Origin: Candidatus Eiseniibacteriota bacterium
GTDB taxonomy: Bacteria > Eisenbacteria > RBG-16-71-46
Assembly (NCBI GenBank): GCA_963776245.1
Contig: CAVZLN010000006.1
Coordinates: 448,001 to 512,000, forward strand
DNA: 64,000 nt
Direction: 5' to 3'
Of this stretch, positions 31,696-41,446 are shown piece after piece (position 1 is the first letter of the stretch; the number at the start of each line of letters is the position of its first letter). The position numbers and the translations under genes are program-made. The notes beneath the pieces were generated by a model. It had not been told where the DNA came from. It did not search any database and was given only the letters and a program-made list of their open reading frames with translations.

Positions 31696-33084
31696 GTGAA
31701 TTTCGCGTCTCTCGGATTGCCCCCGGCCATCCTCAAGGGTATCCGGGCCGCCGGCTATACCGAGGCCACCGCCATCCAGAGCAAGGCCATCCCCATCATC
31801 GTGCAGGGCAACGACCTGATCGGGATCGCGCAGAGCGGCTCGGGCAAGACCGGCGCCTACGCCATCCCGCTCCTGGCCCGTCTGCTCGACGGCCCCACGC
31901 CCCGGTTGCGCGCCATCGTGCTGGTGCCCACGCGCGAGATGGCGGCGTACGTGGAGACCCGCTGCCGCGACTATGCGCGCTACACCGAGCTCAGGATCGT
32001 GGTGGTGTACACCGGCGCGCCGCTGGCGCAGCAGGAGCGCCTGCTGCGTGAGCAGGGGGTCGACCTGCTGGTCGCCACCCCGGGACGCCTGCTCGAGTTG
32101 CAGGCCCGCGACTGCCTCAATTTCGCCGACGTGGAGCTGCTGGTGCTCGACGAGGCGGACAAGATGGTCCAGCTCGGGCTCGGCCCCGACGTGCGCAAGC
32201 TGCTCAAGCTCCTCCCCGAGACGCGCCAGACGGTCATGTTCACGCTCAACATGCCGCCCGAGCTCAACCGTCTCGCCAAGGAGGCGCTGATCGAGCCGCT
32301 GCGCGTGGACGTGGGCGTCGCCGCCAAGCCCTCGGCCGGGATCCTGCAGGCGGTCTACCCGGTGCCGCGCGAGCTCAAGCCCGACCTGCTCGACGAGATC
32401 CTGTCGCAGATGGAAGTGCGCAGCACGACGGTGTTCACCCGCTCGCGCACCTCCGGCGAACGCATCGGGCGGCACCTGCAGAAGCGCGGGTACGCGCTGG
32501 CGCTGCTCGACGAGCATCCGAGCCAGGACCAGCGCGAGGCCGCGCTCGAGGACCTCAAGCGCGGGCGCAGCCAGATCCTGGTGGCGAGCCACGCCGCGGC
32601 GCGCAGCCTCGACGTGGCGGGTGTGGCGCACGTGGTGAACTTCGAGGTCCCCCAGACGCCCGAGGACTACGTCCACCGCATCGGGCGCCAGGGCCGGGCC
32701 GATGCCGTGGGCGCCGCGTCCACGCTCATGAGCCCGGACGAACAGAAGGACGTCGAGGCCATCGAGCGCTTCCTCGGTCGTGCGATCGCGCGCGTGACGC
32801 TGCCCGATTTCGACTACGGCATGACGCCGAGCGAGGGTCGCAAGGCGGCGGTGGACACCGCCCCGGCCGGTGCGGCCGGCGTGGTGGCCGCGGCCCAGCG
32901 CATCGCCGCCCTCAAGCCGGGATCGGCGGCCAAGCCGATGGCCGTTCGGGTCTCGTCGCCGCCCGCGAAGGCGGCCCTGCGCTCCGCCGCTTCGGCGAGG
33001 ACCTCGCCGCGGCCCGCCGCGACCGCGAAGAAGTCGCCGGCCGCGAAGAAGCCATCCCCCCGACGGGCGGCCCGGAAGCGCTAG
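31696..33084 (+). CDS. DEAD-box RNA helicase-like protein (RhlE-like) with degenerate motifs
   Basis: GSGKT, PTRE, TPGRL, DEAD, HRIGRQGR; basic K/A/P-rich tail. Confidence 0.88.
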   Translation: MNFASLGLPPAILKGIRAAGYTEATAIQSKAIPIIVQGNDLIGIAQSGSGKTGAYAIPLLARLLDGPTPRLRAIVLVPTREMAAYVETRCRDYARYTELRIVVVYTGAPLAQQERLLREQGVDLLVATPGRLLELQARDCLNFADVELLVLDEADKMVQLGLGPDVRKLLKLLPETRQTVMFTLNMPPELNRLAKEALIEPLRVDVGVAAKPSAGILQAVYPVPRELKPDLLDEILSQMEVRSTTVFTRSRTSGERIGRHLQKRGYALALLDEHPSQDQREAALEDLKRGRSQILVASHAAARSLDVAGVAHVVNFEVPQTPEDYVHRIGRQGRADAVGAASTLMSPDEQKDVEAIERFLGRAIARVTLPDFDYGMTPSEGRKAAVDTAPAGAAGVVAAAQRIAALKPGSAAKPMAVRVSSPPAKAALRSAASARTSPRPAATAKKSPAAKKPSPRRAARKR

Positions 33085-33120
33085 CTCACGGCCGGGCGAG
33101 ATGCCCCGCCCCGCTCCGCC

Positions 33121-34320
33121 TCAGGCTCCCTCGACCGCCTCGCGCACCGCTTCCTCCAGCCAGCGGAAGCCCCGCTCCGCGGCGGTGGGATCCGCGGCCG
33201 AGGCCTGCACCATCTCCGGCGCCCCGCCGCCCTTGCCGCCGGTGCGCTCGAGCAGCGCCGGCACCAGCGCCCTGAGGTCGCCGTGCGCGCCCTTCGCCCG
33301 GCCGGCCACCACGCACGGCTCCGGAGCGGCGGCGCCGGCCACCACCCACCGGGCCCCGGCTTCGAGGCACTTGAGAGCGAACAGGCGCACATCCTCGCGC
33401 CTGCGGACCGCCGCGTAGTCCGCGACCGCGCGCGGCGGCACCCCCACGCGCGCGCGCGCCTCCATCGCCACCCGTTCGGCGTTGAGCGCACCGAGGCGCT
33501 GCTGGAGATCGTCGCGCTCCCCAGCCGCGCGCTCGAGGTGCGCGATCACCTCGCGATCGCCCATGGTGCGCCGCTTCGCCGCCTCGACCATGGACTCGGT
33601 CCGCCAGCCGTGGTCGCGGAGCGCCCGGGCCCCGCACAGGAACTCGAAGCGCACGTTGCCGCGCACCTTCTCCCACCGCACGATCTTGATCGCGCCCACC
33701 TCGCCGGTCCGCCGGGTGTGGGTGCCGCCGCACGCCGACACGTCCCAATCGGGGATCTCGACGATGCGGATGCGGCCGGTGACCGCCGTCGCCTTGCGCA
33801 GCGCGAAGCGCTTCACGGTCTCGTCGTCGGCCCAGTGGCGCACCACCTCGAGATCGTTCCACACGATCCGATTGGCGGCCTGCTCGGCGCGCTCTGCATC
33901 GCGCCACGACGCGTCGGCGAGCGGCACCTCGATGGTGCTGCGCTCGGCGCCGAGGTGCGACGAGAGCGTGGGGGCGCCCAGCACCCGCTCGAGCGCCGCC
34001 GAGAGGATGTGCTGGCCGGTGTGCTGTTGCATGTGGTCGAACCGCCGCCCCCAGTCCACTTCGCCCTCGAGCTCGCCAGTGGGCAGCGGGGCGTCATCGC
34101 CGAGCACGTGCCAGACGCGGCCCTCGTCGCCGACCTGCACGTCCACCACCGCGCGTCCTCCGAGGGTGCCGCGGTCGGCCTCCTGCCCCCCGCTCTCGGG
34201 GTAGAAATAGGTGGACTCCAGTTCCACCGCGGGGCGTCCGCGATGCGCGCCGGCGCCGATGATCCTGGCGCGGAAGCGCGTGGTGTAGGCGTCGTCGTGA
34301 TCGAGCCGCTCGGTCGGCAT
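33121..34320 (-). CDS. AlaX-like alanyl-tRNA editing protein with DHHA1 domain
   Basis: FYPESGGQEAD, QQHTGQH, CGGTH, GKGGG. Confidence 0.88.
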   Translation of the reverse strand: MPTERLDHDDAYTTRFRARIIGAGAHRGRPAVELESTYFYPESGGQEADRGTLGGRAVVDVQVGDEGRVWHVLGDDAPLPTGELEGEVDWGRRFDHMQQHTGQHILSAALERVLGAPTLSSHLGAERSTIEVPLADASWRDAERAEQAANRIVWNDLEVVRHWADDETVKRFALRKATAVTGRIRIVEIPDWDVSACGGTHTRRTGEVGAIKIVRWEKVRGNVRFEFLCGARALRDHGWRTESMVEAAKRRTMGDREVIAHLERAAGERDDLQQRLGALNAERVAMEARARVGVPPRAVADYAAVRRREDVRLFALKCLEAGARWVVAGAAAPEPCVVAGRAKGAHGDLRALVPALLERTGGKGGGAPEMVQASAADPTAAERGFRWLEEAVREAVEGA

Positions 34321-35384
34321 CAGCGCTCCTCCATGTCCTCGCGGCGGATGCCGTACTCGCGCAGCTTCCGCCACAGGGTGGTGCGCGAGATGCCCAGCGT
34401 GCTCGCGGCCGCGGTGGCGTTGCCACGATGGCGCGCGAGCACCAGGCGGATGTGATCCCGCTCGATCTCGGCGAGCGTCCAGGCCTCGCGCGGCTTTGGC
34501 GCGGGCGCCGGCGCGACGGCGCCCGGCGCGCGCAGGCTCTCCTCGGGCAGCAGTCGCGCGGCGCGGAAGACCGCGGGGAGGTCATCGGCCAGCAGCAGCG
34601 GGCCATCGGACACGGCGACCGCGTGCTCGACCGCGTTCTCGAGCTCGCGCACGTTGCCGGGGTAGTCGTAGCGTTCGAGCAGCTCGGCCGCCTCGGGCGT
34701 GAACGAGCGTCCGGGACGCCCCCAGCGCTTCATGGTGCGCTCGAGGAAATAGGCCGCCAGCAGACCGATGTCCTCGCGCCGCTCGCGCAGCGGGGGCAGG
34801 TCGATCTGCACCACGTTCAGGCGGTAGTAGAGGTCCTCGCGGAACCTTCCCGCCGTCGCTTCGACCTTGAGGTCGCGGTGCGTGGCGGCGATGACGCGCA
34901 CGTCCACCACGCGCGTGGCATTCTCGCCCACGCGCCGCACCTCGTTGTTCTCGAGGGTGCGCAGCAGCTTCACCTGGGTGGCGAGGGGCATATCGCCGAT
35001 CTCGTCGAGGAACAGGGTGCCACCATCCGCCTCCTCGATGAGTCCCGTGCGGTCGGCGACCGCTCCGGTGTAAGCGCCGCGCACCGCGCCGAAGAGTTCG
35101 CTCTCGACCAGTCCCTCGGGCAGCGCGCCCACGTTCACGGCGACGAACGCGCCCTGCGCCCGGCGGGACTGAAGGTGGATGGAGCGCGCCACCAGTTCCT
35201 TTCCCGTCCCGCTCTCCCCGACCAGCAGCACGGTGCTGTCGGTGGGCGCCACCCTCGAGACCAGGCGGAAGATGCGTTGCATGCGCGGGCTCGCACCGAC
35301 GATGTCGGCGGAGACCGTGCCCGGGGCCGGCCCCGGGGAGCGGAGTCCGGACAGGTCGCGGCGTGAACGGTCGGCGGGATTCAT
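34320..35384 (-). CDS. Sigma54-dependent transcriptional activator (AAA+ plus Fis HTH, no N-terminal sensor)
   Basis: [61 protein letters not shown]; start uncertain. Confidence 0.92.
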   Translation of the reverse strand: MNPADRSRRDLSGLRSPGPAPGTVSADIVGASPRMQRIFRLVSRVAPTDSTVLLVGESGTGKELVARSIHLQSRRAQGAFVAVNVGALPEGLVESELFGAVRGAYTGAVADRTGLIEEADGGTLFLDEIGDMPLATQVKLLRTLENNEVRRVGENATRVVDVRVIAATHRDLKVEATAGRFREDLYYRLNVVQIDLPPLRERREDIGLLAAYFLERTMKRWGRPGRSFTPEAAELLERYDYPGNVRELENAVEHAVAVSDGPLLLADDLPAVFRAARLLPEESLRAPGAVAPAPAPKPREAWTLAEIERDHIRLVLARHRGNATAAASTLGISRTTLWRKLREYGIRREDMEER

Positions 35385-35586
35385 GCGTGGTCGATCGCTC
35401 CACTGCCCTACATAGATGAAGGAGTCGCCTGTTTCAAGATGGCACACAGGTCGTCCCCGGGCAAGACTGGCGCGGGGGCCGCGGCCTCGCGGTGCGCCGT
35501 CCATCGGGGGGGGCGGCGGCGTTCGGGGGGGCCGGCCGGGGAGCCGCAGCGGCGGGTCGTGCCCATCGGGCTTCCCCGGGATCGCA

Positions 35587-36438
35587 CTAGTGGTCGGGAG
35601 GGCTTTCCCCGGAGACCGGCGCGGCGGACTCCACCAGCGCCAGATGTGGAGCGCTCCGCGGCTGGGGCGGCCACGTGGGATCCGCGGTCTCGATCCGGCC
35701 GCGCTCGAGCAGGGGCTCCTCCACCTCGACCAGACGGAGGTAGAAGAAGGTCCAGCCGTACTGGATCACCGGGGTGATCATCGCGACCAGCAGCCACATG
35801 ATGGCCACCCACGCGATCATCGAGGGACCCGGCACGAACACCGAGAGCGCGGCCACCACGAACGTGATGGCGAGGATCATCAGCGCCGAGGCGACGATGA
35901 GCTCCAGCCAGCGCTCGAAGCGCCGCAGCGTGATATGGAACGATCGATGGAAGGACGCCGACAGATCCCGCTCGGAAAGCACCACCGCCTCGGTGGCGAA
36001 CGACAGGCGGAAGCCCAGATAGACCGCTGGGATCACCAGGAACAGTGCGGCCAGGCCGATCGCGAGGTTGCGCACCACCTCGGTCGCGAACAGCCAGGGG
36101 ATGCGCCGCAATCCCTGCGCGTAGCATTCCCACGCGGGTGCCGGATCCTGCTCGTGCGGGGTGTTGAACACCGAGCGCGCGCGGAAGCGCAGCATGCCGG
36201 TGACGAGCAGGAACAGGAGGAAGTCGCCCAGCATGGCGACGCTCGAGACCAGCAGCACCAGCCCCGGGTGCTCGGACTCCGACGGCACGGGCAGGATGGC
36301 GAGCGCCAGGATCCACGGCGCGCGCAGCAGGAGGGGCACCACCACCGAATGCAGCGGATCGCGCCGCACGGCCAGGTCGAAGGCCAGCGCGAACGCGTGA
36401 CGGGTCGAGACGGGAAGACGGCGGGCTCGGTCGTGCAT
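35587..36438 (-). CDS. Hypothetical integral membrane protein
   Basis: Several hydrophobic helices, coding-like codon use. Confidence 0.7.
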   Translation of the reverse strand: MHDRARRLPVSTRHAFALAFDLAVRRDPLHSVVVPLLLRAPWILALAILPVPSESEHPGLVLLVSSVAMLGDFLLFLLVTGMLRFRARSVFNTPHEQDPAPAWECYAQGLRRIPWLFATEVVRNLAIGLAALFLVIPAVYLGFRLSFATEAVVLSERDLSASFHRSFHITLRRFERWLELIVASALMILAITFVVAALSVFVPGPSMIAWVAIMWLLVAMITPVIQYGWTFFYLRLVEVEEPLLERGRIETADPTWPPQPRSAPHLALVESAAPVSGESPPDH

Positions 36439-36468
36439 GGGTGAGCCTCGCACCGGGTGCGAGGCCGA

Positions 36469-36500
36469 TTGACACTAGGAATGCCGCTTCCTAATGTCAA
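36469..36500. promoter_or_regulatory. Palindromic bidirectional promoter/operator
   Basis: TTGACACTAGGAA-N6-TTCCTAATGTCAA; reads TTGACA-N17-TAATGT on plus and TTGACA-N17-TAGTGT on minus. Confidence 0.7.
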
Positions 36501-36506
36501 GCCTCG

Positions 36507-36986
36507 ATGCCAAAGAAGCTCTCCCATCTGGACGCGAAGGGACGCGTGCGCATGGTCGACGTGGGCGACAAGCGCGTCACCCGGCGCGTCGCGATCGCCC
36601 GCGGCCGCGTGTACATGCACCGCGACACCCTGGCGCTCCTGCGCGACGGCCGCACGCCGAAGGGCGACGTGCTCGCCATCGCGCACGTGGCCGGCGTGAT
36701 GGGGGCCAAGCGCGCCGCCGACCTGATCCCGCTCGCCCACCCGATCCCGGTGGAGAGCGTGCGGCTCTCGTTCTCTCTCGACGAGGAGGCCTCGGCCGTC
36801 GGCATCGAGGCCCAGGTCGCGACCCGCGCGAGGACCGGCGTGGAGATGGAGGCGCTCACGGCGGTCACGGTGGCCGCGCTCACCCTGTACGACATGCTCA
36901 AGGCGGTGGACCGCGGCATGGTCATGGGCGAGTTCGCGCTGTGGGAGAAGCGCGGAGGCCGCAGCGGTGCCTGGTCGCGATCCTGA
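36507..36986 (+). CDS. moaC: Cyclic pyranopterin monophosphate synthase
   Basis: LSHLD..MVDV, KGDVL, LIPLAH, TGVEMEAL, YDMLKAVD, KRGGRSG. Confidence 0.96.
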   Translation: MPKKLSHLDAKGRVRMVDVGDKRVTRRVAIARGRVYMHRDTLALLRDGRTPKGDVLAIAHVAGVMGAKRAADLIPLAHPIPVESVRLSFSLDEEASAVGIEAQVATRARTGVEMEALTAVTVAALTLYDMLKAVDRGMVMGEFALWEKRGGRSGAWSRS

Positions 36987-38241
36987 GGCGCGCGTCCTGA
37001 CGTTCGCCGAGGCGCGCGCGCGGGTGCTCGCGGCGGTTCGTCCGCTCGGCGTCGAGACCGTGCCGCTGGCCGCCGCGCGCGGTCGTGCGCTGGCACGCGA
37101 CGTGTCCGCCCCGCACGATCTGCCGCGGTTCGCGAACAGCTCGATGGACGGGTACGCGCTGCGCGCGGCCGACCTCGCCGGCGCCTCCCCCGCGGCGCCC
37201 GTGACCCTGCCCGTGGTCGAAGTGCTGCCGGCCGGCGGCGTGGCCTCGCGCGCGCTCACGGCCGGCGAGGCGATGCGCATCATGACCGGCGCCGCACTGC
37301 CGCCGGGCGCAGACGCGGTGCTGGCCTTCGAGGACTGCGAGCGGCTCGCGTCCCCCGAGCGCGTGCGCGTCACGCGCCCCGTGCGCCCGGCGGAGAACGT
37401 GCGCGCCGCCGGGATGGACGTGCGGGCGCGCACCACCGCGCTGACGGCCGGGCGCGATCTGTCGGCGCACGACCTCGCGCTCGCCGGCGCGCTCGGCCTC
37501 GGACAGATCGAGGTGGGCCGCCGTCCGCGCGTGGCGATCGTGTCCACCGGCGACGAGCTGCTCGATCCCGGCGAGGCCCTGCGGCCGGGCACGATCCACG
37601 ACAGCAACCGCCCGATGCTCGCGATGTTGTGCGAGGAGTGCGGCTGCGAAGTGGTGCACTCCCGCCGCGCCGGCGACCGTCCGGAGGAGGTCGCGCGCGC
37701 GCTGAATCTCGCGCTCGCGGCGGCCGACGTCGTGCTCTCCATCGGTGGGGTGTCGGCCGGCGATTTCGATCCGGTGAAACGGTGCCTCGCCGCGCTCGGC
37801 GACGTGGAGCTATGGCGCGTGGCGATGAAGCCCGGCCGCCCGCAGGCCTTCGGCACCCCCGGAGGCAAGCTGTTCTTCGGACTGCCCGGCAATCCCGCGT
37901 CCGTGGCGTGCGTGTTCGAGGCGCTCGCGCGCCCGGCGCTGCGCGCGCTCCAGGGGTTCGAGGTGCTCGACCGTCCCCGACTGGAGGTGCGCGCGGCGAG
38001 GGCGGTCGAGTCGCGCGCCGGCCGCACCGACTTCGTGCGCGTGACCCTCGAATGGCGCGAAGGCGCGTGGTGGGCGGCACCGGCGGGAGAGCAGGTGTCG
38101 GGCCACCTCACGCCCCAATCGCGGGCTCACGCGCTGCTGGTGGTGCCGGAACCGCTCGCGTCCCTCGCGGTGGGCGAGACGGCCGAGACGCTGCTCCTGA
38201 GGTGGCCGGAGACCCGGGTCAGCCGCACGCCATCCGGCTGA
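36967..38241 (+). CDS. moeA: Molybdopterin molybdotransferase
   Basis: NSSMDGYA, IMTGA, STGDEL, DSN, GGVSAGDFD, MKPGRP, LPGNP. Confidence 0.95.
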   Translation: MPGRDPEARVLTFAEARARVLAAVRPLGVETVPLAAARGRALARDVSAPHDLPRFANSSMDGYALRAADLAGASPAAPVTLPVVEVLPAGGVASRALTAGEAMRIMTGAALPPGADAVLAFEDCERLASPERVRVTRPVRPAENVRAAGMDVRARTTALTAGRDLSAHDLALAGALGLGQIEVGRRPRVAIVSTGDELLDPGEALRPGTIHDSNRPMLAMLCEECGCEVVHSRRAGDRPEEVARALNLALAAADVVLSIGGVSAGDFDPVKRCLAALGDVELWRVAMKPGRPQAFGTPGGKLFFGLPGNPASVACVFEALARPALRALQGFEVLDRPRLEVRAARAVESRAGRTDFVRVTLEWREGAWWAAPAGEQVSGHLTPQSRAHALLVVPEPLASLAVGETAETLLLRWPETRVSRTPSG

Positions 38242-38274
38242 GCCGCGCGAAATCCCGGATGATTTTGCGCCCGC

Positions 38275-38305
38275 TTGACGACGCTTCGGTGTCCAACCCT
38301 AGAAT
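38275..38305 (+). promoter_or_regulatory. Possible promoter for the MoxR/Bat operon
   Basis: TTGACG-N19-TAGAAT (long spacer). Confidence 0.4.
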
Positions 38306-38510
38306 GGCCCACTCCCGCTGAATCCCACGAGCCCCACTCGGCGCCTGTTCCGCCGGTTGTCGCTTCGCGTGCTCCGCGGGTTTTCTGTGTCCGGCCCGGC
38401 CCGTCATCGCGCGCGGGCGGACCGGGCGAAGGGTCGGTCGGACGGCAAGCACCCCGCCCTCGAGGGGCGATCGCCGGGCGCGGGGACGGTTCGGTGTCAG
38501 CGGAGGAGAC

Positions 38511-39509
38511 ATGGAGATCCAGACGGACGATATCAAGACGATCAACGAGCGGATCGAGCGCGAGAGCGTCCTCGTCCAGACGATCACGAACGAGGTGTCC
38601 AGGGCGATCGTCGGGCAGCAGTACCTGATGAGTCGACTGATGGTCGGGCTGCTGGCCAACGGCCACGTCCTGATCGAAGGCGTGCCCGGGCTGGCCAAGA
38701 CCTACGCGGTCCGGACCCTGGCGGCGGCGATCAAGACCCGCTACCAGCGGATCCAGTTCACCCCCGATCTGCTCCCCGCCGACATCATCGGCACCATGAT
38801 CTACAACCAGAAGACCGGCGAGTTCATCATCAGCAAGGGGCCGATCTTCGCGAACCTGATCCTCGCCGACGAGATCAACCGGACGCCGCCCAAGGTCCAG
38901 AGCGCGCTGCTCGAGGCCATGCAGGAACGGCAGGTGACGATCGGCGAGCACACGTTCAAGCTGGAGGATCCGTTCCTCGTGCTCGCAACGCAGAACCCGA
39001 TCGAGCAGGAAGGGACCTATCCCCTGCCCGAGGCCCAGCTCGACCGCTTCCTGCTCAAGATCAGGATCTCCTACCCCACGCGGGACGAAGAGCGCGAGAT
39101 CGTGGAGCGGATCGCCGGCACCGGCGAGCCGAGGATCTCGCCGGTGGTGGACCCGGCCGACATCCTGCGGGCGCGCGAACTGTGCAAGTCGGTCTACATC
39201 GACCCGAAGCTCAAGGACTACATCCTCGACCTGGTGTTCGCCACGCGCGAGCCCGAGAAGTTCGACCTTCCGGAACTGAAGCCGCTGATCCGCTTCGGCG
39301 CTTCGCCCCGGGCGTCGATCAATCTGACCACCACCGTGCGGGCCATGGCCTTCCTCAAGCGCCGCGGCTTCGCCATCCCGGAGGACGTCAAGGAGCTCGC
39401 CGCCGACGTGCTGCGGCACCGCATCATCCTCTCGTACGAGGCGGAGGCCGAGGAGATGACCACGGACGACGTCATCCAGAAGATCCTGGCTGCCGTCGAG
39501 GTGCCCTGA
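38511..39509 (+). CDS. moxR: MoxR family AAA+ ATPase
   Basis: GVPGLAKT, RIQFTPDLLPADI, DEINR, ATQNPIEQEGTYPLPEAQLDRF, GASPR. Confidence 0.95.
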   Translation: MEIQTDDIKTINERIERESVLVQTITNEVSRAIVGQQYLMSRLMVGLLANGHVLIEGVPGLAKTYAVRTLAAAIKTRYQRIQFTPDLLPADIIGTMIYNQKTGEFIISKGPIFANLILADEINRTPPKVQSALLEAMQERQVTIGEHTFKLEDPFLVLATQNPIEQEGTYPLPEAQLDRFLLKIRISYPTRDEEREIVERIAGTGEPRISPVVDPADILRARELCKSVYIDPKLKDYILDLVFATREPEKFDLPELKPLIRFGASPRASINLTTTVRAMAFLKRRGFAIPEDVKELAADVLRHRIILSYEAEAEEMTTDDVIQKILAAVEVP

Positions 39510-39585
39510 TGCGGCGCGGGGAACGCCTCGACGCCCTTCACCCGGCCCGCGTGAAGTCGTCGGGCCCTCCCACCGGTCGGACCGT

Positions 39586-40479
39586 ATGCTCTCGCTCGAG
39601 TTCCTGAAGAAGCTCCGGCAGATCGAGCTCCGGACCCGCAAGATCATCAACACGACCTTCGTGGGTGAGTACCGGTCCACCTTCAAGGGCACCGGCATGG
39701 AATTCATCGACGTCCGCGAGTACCTGCCCGGCGACGACATCCGGTCGATCGACTGGAAGGTGACCGCCCGCATGGGCCGGCCCTACGTCAAGAAGTTCAT
39801 CGAGGAGCGCGAACTGACGGTGATCCTGTGCGTGGACGCCTCCGGCTCGGGCTATTTCGGGACCCGTTCGCAGTTCAAGCTGGAGCAGTCCGCTCAGGTC
39901 GCGGCCACGCTCGCGTTCTCCGCGGTCTCGAACAACGACAAGGTCGGGTTGCTGTTCTTCACCGATCGGGTGGAGCGTTTCATCCCGCCGCGCAAGGGCC
40001 GCCAGCACGTCATGCGGCTGGTCCGCGACATCCTGCTGTTCCAGCCGAAGCGCCGGGGCACCGATCCGGTCGCGGCGCTCGAGTACGTGATGCGCATCCT
40101 CAAGCATCGGGCGATCGTCTTCCTGGTGAGCGATTTCATGGGGCCGGGCTTCTCCCCCGACACGGTGCGCATCCCGCTCGGCATCGCGGCCCGCCGGCAC
40201 GATCTGGTGGCGATCCCGATCACCGACCCGGCGGAGTGGGAGCTGCCGCGGGTCGGCCTCATGGACCTCGAGGACATGGAGAGCGGGGAGATCGTCACCG
40301 TGGACACCGCGGACGCGCGCCTGCGCCGGAGCTATCAGGAGCACATGCAGGCCATGCTCTCGCGACGCGACCGGCTCCTCCGGCAGCTCGGCATCGACAG
40401 CATCGGCCTGCACACGCACGAGGACTTCACCCCGAAGCTGCACAAGTTCTTCCAGCTTCGCGCCCGGCGATTCCACTAG
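39586..40479 (+). CDS. DUF58 domain protein
   Basis: GTGMEFIDVREYLPGDDIRSIDWKVTAR, EERE, DASGS, SDF. Confidence 0.92.
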   Translation: MLSLEFLKKLRQIELRTRKIINTTFVGEYRSTFKGTGMEFIDVREYLPGDDIRSIDWKVTARMGRPYVKKFIEERELTVILCVDASGSGYFGTRSQFKLEQSAQVAATLAFSAVSNNDKVGLLFFTDRVERFIPPRKGRQHVMRLVRDILLFQPKRRGTDPVAALEYVMRILKHRAIVFLVSDFMGPGFSPDTVRIPLGIAARRHDLVAIPITDPAEWELPRVGLMDLEDMESGEIVTVDTADARLRRSYQEHMQAMLSRRDRLLRQLGIDSIGLHTHEDFTPKLHKFFQLRARRFH

Positions 40480-40508
40480 AGACGATCCGACTCACACTCC
40501 CCAGGCCC

Positions 40509-41444
40509 ATGACCTTCGCGACCTTCCTGCTGGCGCTCCTGCTGACCGCCCCCGATCCGGGGCAGCCCTCGATCGTCACCCGCGTGACGCGCCCCGCGCG
40601 GCTGACGGTCGGGGACCGGTTCGACGTGACGCTGGTGGTGACCGCGCCCGCGCGGAGCCTGGTGACGGGCCCGCTGGCCGACTCGATGGGCGTGTTCGAG
40701 GTCGCCGGCGAGAAGCGGAAGTCCGCCCAGCGCTCCGGCACCACCGAGACCACGTACCGGCTGAGCGTGGCGGGCTTCAAGCCCGGTGCGCACCGTCTGC
40801 CGACGTTCGCGTTCCTGGTCCTCGCGGGCGCCAGGACGGACACGCTCACCAGCGACTCCGCCACGGTGACGATCGCCAGCCTGCTGCCGGAGAAGATGAA
40901 GGACATCAACGGCCTCAAGCCGGCGGAGACGTTCCCCAACCTCTGGCTCTGGATCATCCCCGGCATCGTGGCGCTCCTCGCCGCCCTGGTGGTGCTGGGC
41001 CGCCGGCTGTACCGGAGACTCCGGCGGATCCGGGACCTGGCGCAGGCGCCGCTGCCGCCATGGGAGGAGGCGCTGGCCGCCCTCGACGCGCTGCCGTGGC
41101 GTGAGTGGCTGGAGGCCGGCCAGGTCCGGCGCTACTACTACGCGCTCTCCGAGGTGCTCAAGCGCTACATCGAGCGGCGGTTCGAGTTCCACGCGGTGGA
41201 GCAGACCACCACCGAGATGCTGGCCAGCATGCGGGCGCACAAGACACCCATGCGCGACGACATCGGGAGGTTCTTCACCCGCTCCGACCTCGTGAAGTAT
41301 GCCAAGCGGGTGCCGCCCGACGACGAGGCGCGATCGGCGATCGGCCAGGTGCGCGAGTTCGTGATGAAGACCCGTCCGGCGGAACCGGCCCCCGTGACGG
41401 CACCCGGCGGCCCGCCCACCGGCGGGTCCGGGGAGGGCGCCTGA
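40509..41444 (+). CDS. Bat-operon-associated membrane-anchored hypothetical protein
   Basis: Signal peptide, Ig-like region, DINGLKP-TM, LKRYIERRF..EQTTTE, DLVKYAK; lies between DUF58 and BatA. Confidence 0.8.
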   Translation: MTFATFLLALLLTAPDPGQPSIVTRVTRPARLTVGDRFDVTLVVTAPARSLVTGPLADSMGVFEVAGEKRKSAQRSGTTETTYRLSVAGFKPGAHRLPTFAFLVLAGARTDTLTSDSATVTIASLLPEKMKDINGLKPAETFPNLWLWIIPGIVALLAALVVLGRRLYRRLRRIRDLAQAPLPPWEEALAALDALPWREWLEAGQVRRYYYALSEVLKRYIERRFEFHAVEQTTTEMLASMRAHKTPMRDDIGRFFTRSDLVKYAKRVPPDDEARSAIGQVREFVMKTRPAEPAPVTAPGGPPTGGSGEGA

Positions 41445-41446
41445 CC

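Noticed and set aside
35440..35455. TGGCAC as a sigma54 -24 element
   Set aside because: The -12 position reads TCGT rather than TTGC, and it points away from the activator gene
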